This document shows, piece by piece, positions 15,480-25,120 of a DNA stretch of 32,000 bases (its first letter is position 1; each line of letters opens with the position of its first letter). This stretch comes from an uncultured Opitutales bacterium (lineage in GTDB: Bacteria; Verrucomicrobiota; Verrucomicrobiia; Opitutales; Intestinicryptomonadaceae). Made by a program: the position numbers and the translations under genes. The stretch lies in the NCBI GenBank assembly GCA_934660865.1, contig CAKUIA010000003.1, forward strand, positions 1-32,000. The letters run 5' to 3'. Below the pieces are notes generated by a model. The model made no database searches. It was not told where the DNA came from and saw nothing but the letters and a program-made list of their open reading frames with translations.

Positions 15480-16093
15480 TTTGCAAATTCCCTTTTAGAC
15501 AACAGCAATGCGTCGGGTATGTTCGAGTTTTGTTCGGTTAAAAGCCCGGGGGCTTTTTCGAGCGTTTCGAACAAGTCGGCAATGTCGTATTCAAATTCGT
15601 TTGTGTTTTCGGCAATGCTTTCGGCGTTGCGCTGTTTTATGAAATAGCAGTCGCCCAATTTTTCGCTTTCAAAGTCGGCTGCGGCAATTTCCTTGGGGGC
15701 GCCGCCGTTTGCGCAAATATTGTAGCAGCCTTTGCGCGAGCCGCAATAGAGCGTAAACGGCTCTTTTACGTTTTTGGATTTTGCCAGCGCATACAGCGTT
15801 TCGAACAGCCTAAAAGTTTTAATTTTTGCATTGTTTAAAAACGCCATTGTGCAGAACGAAACGCTTGCGCTGCGTATTCCCAAAACCGAGCCCGTGCCCT
15901 CGCAAAACCAGTATTGCGAAATGTCTTTCGGGGCAATCTCTGCCGCGGCAAAAAGCTCGTTTAGTATTGGGAAAAAGTTTTCGAGCGGCGTAGCTTGCCT
16001 TTCTATTTTTGCAACAAGGGCTTTGTCTTTATAAATTGCGGCTCTTATTGTGTACGACGAAGTGTCGGCAATTAAAATAGTTTGGTTGTTCAT
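15455..16093 (-). CDS. tsaB: TsaB (YeaZ)-like tRNA t6A biosynthesis protein, divergent
   Basis: ILIADTSS... (N-terminal ASKHA phosphate-1 strand), then EGTGSVLGIRSASVSFCTMAF in place of GPGSFTGLRIG. Size (212 aa) fits. The start overlaps the rpoN stop (TAATG). Confidence 0.65.
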   Translation of the reverse strand: MNNQTILIADTSSYTIRAAIYKDKALVAKIERQATPLENFFPILNELFAAAEIAPKDISQYWFCEGTGSVLGIRSASVSFCTMAFLNNAKIKTFRLFETLYALAKSKNVKEPFTLYCGSRKGCYNICANGGAPKEIAAADFESEKLGDCYFIKQRNAESIAENTNEFEYDIADLFETLEKAPGLLTEQNSNIPDALLLSKREFAKWNSQAHI

Positions 16094-17475
16094 TATGAAA
16101 ATCGCCTTCTAAGCGTCTTTACGGGAATGCCCAGTTCCTCTCTGTATTTTGCGGCGGTGCGCCTTGCAATGTTTATCGAGCTTTCGGCCAAAATTTCGCA
16201 TATTTCGGAATCCGAATAGGGCTTTTTCGGGTTTTCCGACTCTATTATGCGCTTTATTTCCTCTTTTACGCTGCTGTTCGAAAGGGCGCTTTCGCCGTTT
16301 TTTGAAACCGCCGTGGAAAAGAAAAATTCGTAGGGCTTAATCGCGTTGGGAATTTCAAGATACTTGCCCGAAAGCGCGCGGCTTACTGTAGAGGGGTTTA
16401 TCCCCAATTCCTCGGCAATGTTTGTCATTGTCATGGGCTGCAATTTTCCGCCCTCGAAAAACGCAGTTTGCTTTTTCAAAATAAGCTCGGTTATTTTCAA
16501 AATCGTATTTTTGCGCTCCTGCAAAGAGGCAACCAAAGCTTTTGCTTCGCCGATTTTCTCCTTTATGTAGCTTTTGCCCTCGCCGGCAAGCTCGCCTTTG
16601 GCAAGCATATCGCGGTAGTCGTCGCTTATTTTAAGGCGCGGCAAAAAGGTGTCTAAAACTTCGCATTTTAAAGTGCCGTCTTTGGCCTTGTAAATTCTGG
16701 CGTCGGGCCAAATGTGGGTGGCTTCCTCCTGCTCGTATTCCCGCGCGGGCGATGTATGCAGCTTTGCCAGCACGCTAAAGGCGCCCTCAATTTTTGCGGG
16801 GGTAGTGGCGCACTTTTCGGCAAGGTCGGCCACCTTTCTTTTCACAAACAGCTCGTAATGCTCGTCTACAATTTCGTAGGCAAGGCTGTCGCGCAAGCCA
16901 AGCCTTTCAAGCTGCAGCATAAAACACTCCCTTAAATCGCTTGCGCCTATGCCCGCTGGCTCCATAGACTTTAGCAGCTCCAAAGCCTCGTTAATTTGCC
17001 CTTTTTTGTAGCCGTCGGCTTCGAGCGTTTCGGTAATGCCCAGCGGCAAAAACCCGCGCGAGTCTAAATGGTTGCACAGCTCTATAAAGGTTTTTACAAC
17101 GCTTTCGTCTTTGCAGTCGCAGGCGGCCTGGTTAACCAGTTCCTCCCTTAACGTGCTTTTATATTCTATGGAATTTACCAGAAAGTCGTAGGTTTCGGAG
17201 GCGTCTTTGTCGGACTTTTTCGGGGCGTAGTCGTCGTAGCCGTAATCGTAGTCGTCGTAAGTTTCGTTGTTTTCTTCGGTGTCGCGGTCGGGCGAATCTG
17301 GGCTTGTATAATCGGGGGCAATTTCCTCCAAAGCGGGGTTGCTTTCAAGCTTGCGGCGCAAAAGCTGCCTAAGCTCCAAAGATGGGGCCTGCAAAACGTC
17401 CAGGCTGTCGCGCATTTGGGCGTTTATCCCAAGCGACTGCCTAAGTTGAGTGTTTTGCGAAAGTTCCCTTGCCAT
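16093..17475 (-). CDS. rpoN: RNA polymerase sigma-54 factor
   Basis: N-terminal Q/L-rich region I (LRQSLGINAQMRDSLDVLQAPSLEL), acidic region II, HTH (MTNIAEELGINPSTVSRAL) and the RpoN box ARRTAAKYREELGIP. Confidence 0.95.
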   Translation of the reverse strand: MARELSQNTQLRQSLGINAQMRDSLDVLQAPSLELRQLLRRKLESNPALEEIAPDYTSPDSPDRDTEENNETYDDYDYGYDDYAPKKSDKDASETYDFLVNSIEYKSTLREELVNQAACDCKDESVVKTFIELCNHLDSRGFLPLGITETLEADGYKKGQINEALELLKSMEPAGIGASDLRECFMLQLERLGLRDSLAYEIVDEHYELFVKRKVADLAEKCATTPAKIEGAFSVLAKLHTSPAREYEQEEATHIWPDARIYKAKDGTLKCEVLDTFLPRLKISDDYRDMLAKGELAGEGKSYIKEKIGEAKALVASLQERKNTILKITELILKKQTAFFEGGKLQPMTMTNIAEELGINPSTVSRALSGKYLEIPNAIKPYEFFFSTAVSKNGESALSNSSVKEEIKRIIESENPKKPYSDSEICEILAESSINIARRTAAKYREELGIPVKTLRRRFS

Positions 17476-17608
17476 AGTTTTATGCGTGTTTTTTGCGCAA
17501 TGCCGTTCCGAAAATTTGCGGCGTAATTGCGCAAAAATACAGCCTTTTAGCTTGTATAATTTTCATTTTATTTCAAGCTATATTTCCCGTTTAAAGGCGG
17601 TTAAGAAA

Positions 17609-18883
17609 GTGGAAAACTTTAAGGATATAAGCTCTTTTATATACAACTTGCGCAATGTAGGTTCAAGTTTGTCGGTAGACAGAATGAAACTGTTTGCCGA
17701 TATTTGCGGCAACGTGCAAAACAACTACAAAAAGGTGCACATTGCGGGCACAAACGGCAAGGGCTCGACATGCGCAATGCTTGAGGCCGTTTTTAGGCAC
17801 TGTGGCTACAAAACGGGAATGTTTACCTCGCCGCATTTGATACATTTGGGCGAGAGAATTAGGGTAAACGGCGTTCAGACAAGCGAGCAGACCCTTGTAA
17901 AATACATTTCAAAATTAAAGGAGTGCGCCGAAAAGGAGGGGAAAATAGACCCGAAAATGTACCCTACATTTTTCGAGTTTATAACCGAGGCTGCCTTTCT
18001 TATTTTTAACGACGAAAATGTAGATGTTGCCGTTACCGAAGTTGGACTAGGCGGCAGGCTAGACGCCACAAACATAATCACCCCCGAAATTTCGGTTATA
18101 ACAAGCATAGGCAAAGACCATACCGACTATTTGGGCGATACTTTGGAAAAGATTGCCTATGAAAAGGCGGGCATTATAAAGCCCAATGTGCCCGTAGTTT
18201 GCGGCTTTATAGACGAAAAGCCGCTTGCCGTTATAAAGGCGAAGGCCAAGGAGTTAAACGCCCCAATCTATTGCGTTGCAGACTATTACAAATCCATTGA
18301 AGAGCTGCCAAAAACTTCGCTGTTTGGGGTGTATCAGCGCAAAAATGCGGCAACGGCAACTGTTTGCTGCAAAGTGCTTAACGAGCGAGGCGTTTTTAAG
18401 CTGCCCAACCGAGCTGTAAAAGACGCCCTTATGCAGGTGCAGTGGGCGGCGCGCTGGCAAACCTTTAAAATGAAGAACGGCGCAACCGTTATATTGGATT
18501 CTTCGCACAACGAGGAATGCGCCAAAGTTTTAGACGAAAATTTGGCGACTTTGCCCGAAAAACCTGTGGTTGTTTGCGGCGTTTTGGGCAAAGACAGGGC
18601 AATACCGCTTTTAAAGGTTATTGCAAAGCATGCAAAAAAGATAATTTTTGTGCGCCCCGACCAGCCCAGGGCATTGCCGCAAAAAGAGCTTGCCGCCCTT
18701 ATGCCGCCAAATTGCCGCGTTCCGTACGAGTATGCCGAAATCAAAGACATTTTCCCCGCAAAAAACGAATGCAGCGCAAAACTTGGGGGGCTTTCGGTAG
18801 TTAGCGGCTCCATATATTTGGCGGGCGAAGTTTTATCGGCAATAACGGCCGGCGAAAAGCCGTCGCTGTCGGACTTGATTTAA
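17609..18883 (+). CDS. folC: Bifunctional folylpolyglutamate synthase / dihydrofolate synthase
   Basis: KKVHIAGTNGKGSTCAM P-loop, FTSPHL, EVGLGGRLDATN, ITSIGKDHTDYLG. The track start GTG 17450 overlaps the divergent rpoN 5' end. The in-frame GTG 17609 (VENFKDISSFIYNL...) gives a normal FolC N-terminus. Confidence 0.9.
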   Translation: MENFKDISSFIYNLRNVGSSLSVDRMKLFADICGNVQNNYKKVHIAGTNGKGSTCAMLEAVFRHCGYKTGMFTSPHLIHLGERIRVNGVQTSEQTLVKYISKLKECAEKEGKIDPKMYPTFFEFITEAAFLIFNDENVDVAVTEVGLGGRLDATNIITPEISVITSIGKDHTDYLGDTLEKIAYEKAGIIKPNVPVVCGFIDEKPLAVIKAKAKELNAPIYCVADYYKSIEELPKTSLFGVYQRKNAATATVCCKVLNERGVFKLPNRAVKDALMQVQWAARWQTFKMKNGATVILDSSHNEECAKVLDENLATLPEKPVVVCGVLGKDRAIPLLKVIAKHAKKIIFVRPDQPRALPQKELAALMPPNCRVPYEYAEIKDIFPAKNECSAKLGGLSVVSGSIYLAGEVLSAITAGEKPSLSDLI

Positions 18884-19093
18884 GCTAAATTGCCCCGACG
18901 GCGAAAAGCGGAAAATTTTTTCGGGAAAATCCCTAAAAAAGCTTGCCAAAGACTGCGTTTTTTGGTGGCATTGCAGACTTTAACGCTCGCCGTTTTATGC
19001 AAAAAAGAGGGTTTTTTGCGTTGTTCGGCGTTCAACAAATAAAATTCAACCGCACATTCGACACTAACGCCGCTTGTGCGTATAAGGATAAAT

Positions 19094-20752
<1,659 letters not shown>

Positions 20753-20778
20753 TTTACATCTTAGATTACTGCAAAAAC

Positions 20779-20806
20779 GGCGCTTCTTTCGGGAAGCGCC
20801 TTTTTT
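20779..20806 (+). terminator. Rho-independent terminator of rpsA
   Basis: GGCGCTTC (20779..20786), 6-nt loop, GAAGCGCC (20793..20800), T6. Confidence 0.85.
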
Positions 20807-20951
20807 ATTTGCCGCAATGCGCCGTTGTTTTATATGCGGCAAACCCCGCAAGGCATTGCGCGCAATATATGCAAAAATAGCGTTGTTTTTTTGGATTTTA
20901 TATTTGACCAACGCGCCAATATGGAAAACATTTCAACTAATATATAGCTAT

Positions 20952-22628
20952 ATGGAACAAGAAGAAAAACCTACAGTTTCTAAAAATTTTGTAAGGCAAA
21001 TAATAGAGGCCGACATTGCAAACGGTTTGACAAAAGTGCATACGCGCTTTCCCCCCGAGCCCAACGGTTGCCTGCACATAGGCCATGCCAAGGCCTTTTG
21101 CCTGGACTTTGGCGTTGCGGCCGAATACGGCGGCATTTGCAACCTGCGCTTCGACGACACAAACCCCACTAAGGAGGATACGCGCTTTGTAGATTCCATT
21201 ATGGAGGACGTTCACTGGCTCGGCTTCGACTGGGGCGACAGGCTTTTTTACGCCTCCGACTATTTCGAAAAGCTATACGGATATGCCGTAGAGCTTATAA
21301 AGGCGGGCAAGGCCTATGTGTGCACGCTTTCGCCCGAAGAGTTTAAGGAATACAGGGGCGTTCCAGGCAGCGCGGGCAAGGAAAGCCCGCACCGCAACCG
21401 CCCCATAGAGGAAAGCTTGGACTTGTTCGAAAGAATGCGCAAGGGCGAGTTTAAGGAGGGCGAATATGTGCTTAGGGCGAAGATTGATATGGCGTCGCCG
21501 AACCTGCACATGCGCGACCCCGCCATTTACAGAATAAAGTACGACCATCACCACAGAACGGGCGACAAATGGTGCATTTACCCCATGTACGACTTTGCGC
21601 ACTGTCTTTGCGACGCAATAGAGGGCATTACCCATTCGCTTTGCACGCTCGAGTTTGTTGTGCACCGTCCCTTATACGACTGGTTTATTGAAAACACTTC
21701 GGCTAAAAACCTAAACAAGGTTCAGCCGCGCCAGTACGAATTTGCAAGGCTTAACCTGGGCTATACGGTTATGAGCAAGCGCCTGTTGCAGCAGCTTGTT
21801 GCCGACAAGGTTGTAGACGACTGGAGCGACCCGAGAATGCCCACGCTTTCGGGCATGAGGGCAAGGGGCTATACGCCCGAATCTATAAAGAACTTCTGCG
21901 AAACGATAGGGCTTACAAAATTCGACAGCCTTACCGACTTTGCGCTTTTGGAACACTGCGTAAGGCAGGACTTAAACAAAAAAGCCCTGCGCCGCATGGC
22001 GGTGTTCGACCCGTTGGAAGTCGAAATAGAGAATGTTGCCGAAGACTTTGTAGACGAGCTTGACGCCGTAGACAATCCCGAAGACGAAAATTCCACCGTC
22101 CGCAAAGTTGCCTTTACAAAGCATATTTTCATAGAGAGGGAAGACTTTATGGAAAACGCGCCCAAAAAGTTTTTCAGGCTTTCCACCGACAACGAAGTAA
22201 GGCTGCGCTACGCATACTTTATGCGCTGCAAGGAGGTTGTAAAAGACGAAACGGGCAAAATTGTAAAGCTTGTTTGCACAATAGACTTGGCTTCGCGCGG
22301 GGGCAACTCGCCCGACGGACGCAAGGTTAAGGGCACCATACACTGGGTAAGCGCAAGCCGCAATGTTAAGTGCACCGCCAATTTGTACGATAAGCTTTTT
22401 ACGAAGGAAGACATGTCGGACTTGCCCGAGGGCAAGACTCCCGTAGACTACCTTAACAAAGATTCCCTGAAAAAGGTTCAGTTTATAGGCGAAGAGGCCT
22501 TAAAAGACGCAAAGGTTCAGCAGCCCCTGCAGTTCGAGCGCATAGCGTATTTTACAAGGGCAAACTCGCCCGATGGCGAACTTGTTTTCAACAGAACCGT
22601 TTTGCTGAAAGATTCCAAAAAGTTTTAG
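20952..22628 (+). CDS. glnS: Glutaminyl-tRNA synthetase
   Basis: NFVRQIIEADIANG..VHTRFPPEPNGCLHIGHAKA (HIGH), CNLRFDDTNP and VMSKR (KMSKS) are collinear with E. coli GlnRS from ATG 20952. The track start at 20817 adds 45 non-homologous residues. Confidence 0.97.
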   Translation: MEQEEKPTVSKNFVRQIIEADIANGLTKVHTRFPPEPNGCLHIGHAKAFCLDFGVAAEYGGICNLRFDDTNPTKEDTRFVDSIMEDVHWLGFDWGDRLFYASDYFEKLYGYAVELIKAGKAYVCTLSPEEFKEYRGVPGSAGKESPHRNRPIEESLDLFERMRKGEFKEGEYVLRAKIDMASPNLHMRDPAIYRIKYDHHHRTGDKWCIYPMYDFAHCLCDAIEGITHSLCTLEFVVHRPLYDWFIENTSAKNLNKVQPRQYEFARLNLGYTVMSKRLLQQLVADKVVDDWSDPRMPTLSGMRARGYTPESIKNFCETIGLTKFDSLTDFALLEHCVRQDLNKKALRRMAVFDPLEVEIENVAEDFVDELDAVDNPEDENSTVRKVAFTKHIFIEREDFMENAPKKFFRLSTDNEVRLRYAYFMRCKEVVKDETGKIVKLVCTIDLASRGGNSPDGRKVKGTIHWVSASRNVKCTANLYDKLFTKEDMSDLPEGKTPVDYLNKDSLKKVQFIGEEALKDAKVQQPLQFERIAYFTRANSPDGELVFNRTVLLKDSKKF

Positions 22629-22629
22629 A

Positions 22630-23412
22630 ATGGGCTTTGCCTTATTTATAACCTTTTTATCGGGAGCCGCCACAAGTTTGGGTGCGGCTCTCATTTTTGC
22701 CGCAAAGAAAATCCCCATTTCAACGTTGGCGTTTTGCATGAGCTTTTCGGCGGGCGTAATGATATACGTTTCGTTCGGCGAACTGCTGCCCGTTTCCGTA
22801 AAGGAGGGGTTGCCGTCGTTGGGCGGGCAAAATGCAAAACTTTTGGTAATGGGGCTTTTTGCGCTGGGGGCCGTGATGGCGGCTTTAATAGACTATTTTA
22901 TACCCGAGCACCTAAACAGCGAAGACAAAGCCCTGTACGAAGCCGACAAAAAGCATGCGGCCGAAATGGAAAAAACTGGCGTGTTTATGGGGCTTGCCGT
23001 AATGCTGCACAATTTGCCCGAGGGCTTGGCGGTGTTTTCGACATTGAATGCCGACACAACATTGGGATTGTCGATTGCGCTTGCAATAGCGCTGCACAAC
23101 ATACCCGAGGGGCTGATTGTGGCTTTGCCCATATATGCTGCAAGCGGCAAAAAATTTAAGGCGTTTATGTGGGCTACATTTGCGGGATTAAGCGAGCCTT
23201 TGGGCGCATTGCTGGGCTTTTGGCTTTTGGCGGGCATTGCGCACGAATGGGTTTTTGCCGTTTCAAATTCGCTGGTAGCCGGCATTATGGTCTACATTTC
23301 CTTCGACGAGCTTTTGCCCATGGCAAAGGAATACGGGCAGGAACACTACGGTATTTTGGGCGTGTTTTCGGGAATATTGTTTATTGCGGTAATTACCGCC
23401 TTATTGGGCTAG
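22630..23412 (+). CDS. zupT: ZIP-family zinc transporter ZupT
   Basis: Multi-pass membrane protein with the paired HNLPEGLAVF and HNIPEGLIVA motifs of ZupT. It starts 1 nt after the glnS stop. Confidence 0.9.
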   Translation: MGFALFITFLSGAATSLGAALIFAAKKIPISTLAFCMSFSAGVMIYVSFGELLPVSVKEGLPSLGGQNAKLLVMGLFALGAVMAALIDYFIPEHLNSEDKALYEADKKHAAEMEKTGVFMGLAVMLHNLPEGLAVFSTLNADTTLGLSIALAIALHNIPEGLIVALPIYAASGKKFKAFMWATFAGLSEPLGALLGFWLLAGIAHEWVFAVSNSLVAGIMVYISFDELLPMAKEYGQEHYGILGVFSGILFIAVITALLG

Positions 23413-25120
23413 GGCGCTTAAGCGAACGCCTTTTTGCAGCGTAAAACAACGCCAAAAGCCCCGCGCAAAAGTAGGGGAATAAGTATCCGTACCTTACATA
23501 AAAAGACTGCCCCGAAAAGTTTTTAAAGCGGTATACATCGGTAAAGGCGGCCCCCCTAAAATATACGGTGTTGTTTTCGTTGGCCATTTCGGCGGGCTTA
23601 AGGATTTTATAGGTGTAGGGGTTTAGCTTATTGTTGTTTTCGTCGAAAATATCGAGCGGCACTTTAAGCCGGTTTGCTCCGTTGTAGGCGGTGTTGTCTT
23701 TCGACATAAGCGTTATTGTGCAAAGCTTTGCCCCGTATTCGTTAAACACGCAGCTAAGCCCGTTTACGGAGGCCCTTAAAAGGGGCTTTCGCAGCGAAAC
23801 CGCCTGCAATGCCGAATGTGCGGCATGCTGGTATGCGCCGCCTTCCTTGCCGTACCACGAATCGTTTGTGCATACAAAAAGGAAATCGGCGCCGTTTTTT
23901 GCCATTCTTCTGCCGAGCTGCTCGAAAATGTCTTCGTAGCAAATCATAACGCCAGCTTTGTAGTTTTTGCCCGCAATTTCGGTATTCAACGGCATAAAGT
24001 TTTCGCCGCGCTTCATTTCGCCTACGGGCACAACGCTTTTTAAGAACGAGCACCAAAACGGCATATATTCGCCGAAAGGCACAAGCTTTGTTTTTGCGTA
24101 ATATTCTTTTAAAAGCCCGTTGTTTTCCGACACAAAGCAAACCGCGTTTTGCGCCTTGTATTTGCCGTGTTCGGCTACAAACGTCATTGTGCCGCCCAAT
24201 ATGGGAAAGCCCAAGTCTTTTGCCAGATTTTCGGCATAGCTTTTTGCAAATGGGCTTGAAACAATGGGCATAGCAGGCGGGGTGGCGGCCTCGGGCCACA
24301 AGGCAACATCTACATTTGCGCTTTTTAGCGATTTTGTAAGCACCGTAAGGGTTTTTAAGTCGGCTTGGGCGTTTTGGGCGTCCCACTTTCTAAAGCCCTG
24401 CAAGTCGGTCTGTACGCAGCCGGCTCTGAACATATACTCGGCGTTCGACTTAAGCGGCAGGTTGTATGCGTATAAAAGAATGTTGAACATTAAAAGCAAA
24501 ACCGCCAAATAAAATTCGGGGCAAACGCTTATTTTGCTTTTAACACCCTTTAGCCTGTCTCTATTAAAGCGTATCAGGCGTATAACATATTTTGCAATGC
24601 CTATGTTAAACGCAATTATTATAAACGAAAGCATATAAACGCCGCCTATTGCAGCCGACTGCAGCAGTGCGGGCCTGCAATATTGGCTGTGGCCCAGGCA
24701 AAGCCAGCCAAAGCCCGTAAACATATTCGAGCGCAAAAATTCCAGCACAACCCAAAAGGCCGAAAAGGCTAGCATTGCAAATATTTTCTTTGCCCAGCTA
24801 TTTTGCGAAAAGCGCTCCGACAAAAAGTAGCCGCACAACGCAAAAAACGGGGCGTAAAAACACGCTATTGCGGCGGGCAAAAGCAACATTCCCAAAACGC
24901 CGTAGGGCGGGTATACAAAGCGCAGCCACGCCAATATTGCTACCCACGAGGCCATGCACATTAAATACGAGCACAACCACGTTTTTTTAGAGGGGCTTTG
25001 CCCCATATTTGCAAGCAAAACGGGCACTGCAAACATCCAAGCGGCCTCCGAACAGGCAAAAGGGTCGAAACTGACCACCCACAAAAGCGCGCTTAGAATG
25101 TATGCAATGTAGTAATACAT
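23393..25120 (-). CDS. lnt: Apolipoprotein N-acyltransferase
   Basis: N-terminal polytopic membrane domain plus a C-terminal nitrilase-type domain with VALWPEAA and VMICYEDIF (catalytic Cys), then NDSWYG. The start overlaps the secA stop (TAATG). Confidence 0.9.
   Translation of the reverse strand: MYYYIAYILSALLWVVSFDPFACSEAAWMFAVPVLLANMGQSPSKKTWLCSYLMCMASWVAILAWLRFVYPPYGVLGMLLLPAAIACFYAPFFALCGYFLSERFSQNSWAKKIFAMLAFSAFWVVLEFLRSNMFTGFGWLCLGHSQYCRPALLQSAAIGGVYMLSFIIIAFNIGIAKYVIRLIRFNRDRLKGVKSKISVCPEFYLAVLLLMFNILLYAYNLPLKSNAEYMFRAGCVQTDLQGFRKWDAQNAQADLKTLTVLTKSLKSANVDVALWPEAATPPAMPIVSSPFAKSYAENLAKDLGFPILGGTMTFVAEHGKYKAQNAVCFVSENNGLLKEYYAKTKLVPFGEYMPFWCSFLKSVVPVGEMKRGENFMPLNTEIAGKNYKAGVMICYEDIFEQLGRRMAKNGADFLFVCTNDSWYGKEGGAYQHAAHSALQAVSLRKPLLRASVNGLSCVFNEYGAKLCTITLMSKDNTAYNGANRLKVPLDIFDENNNKLNPYTYKILKPAEMANENNTVYFRGAAFTDVYRFKNFSGQSFYVRYGYLFPYFCAGLLALFYAAKRRSLKRPSPIRR

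Noticed and set aside
17450-17608. N-terminal extension of folC from GTG 17450
   Set aside because: It would overlap the 5' end of the divergent rpoN by 26 nt and add 53 residues (MFCESSLAIVLCVFF...) with no FolC homology. The in-frame GTG 17609 gives the expected N-terminus.
20817-20951. N-terminal extension of glnS from 20817
   Set aside because: The extension starts 11 nt after the rpsA terminator and adds 45 residues absent from GlnRS. Homology to E. coli GlnRS begins at the Met at 20952.
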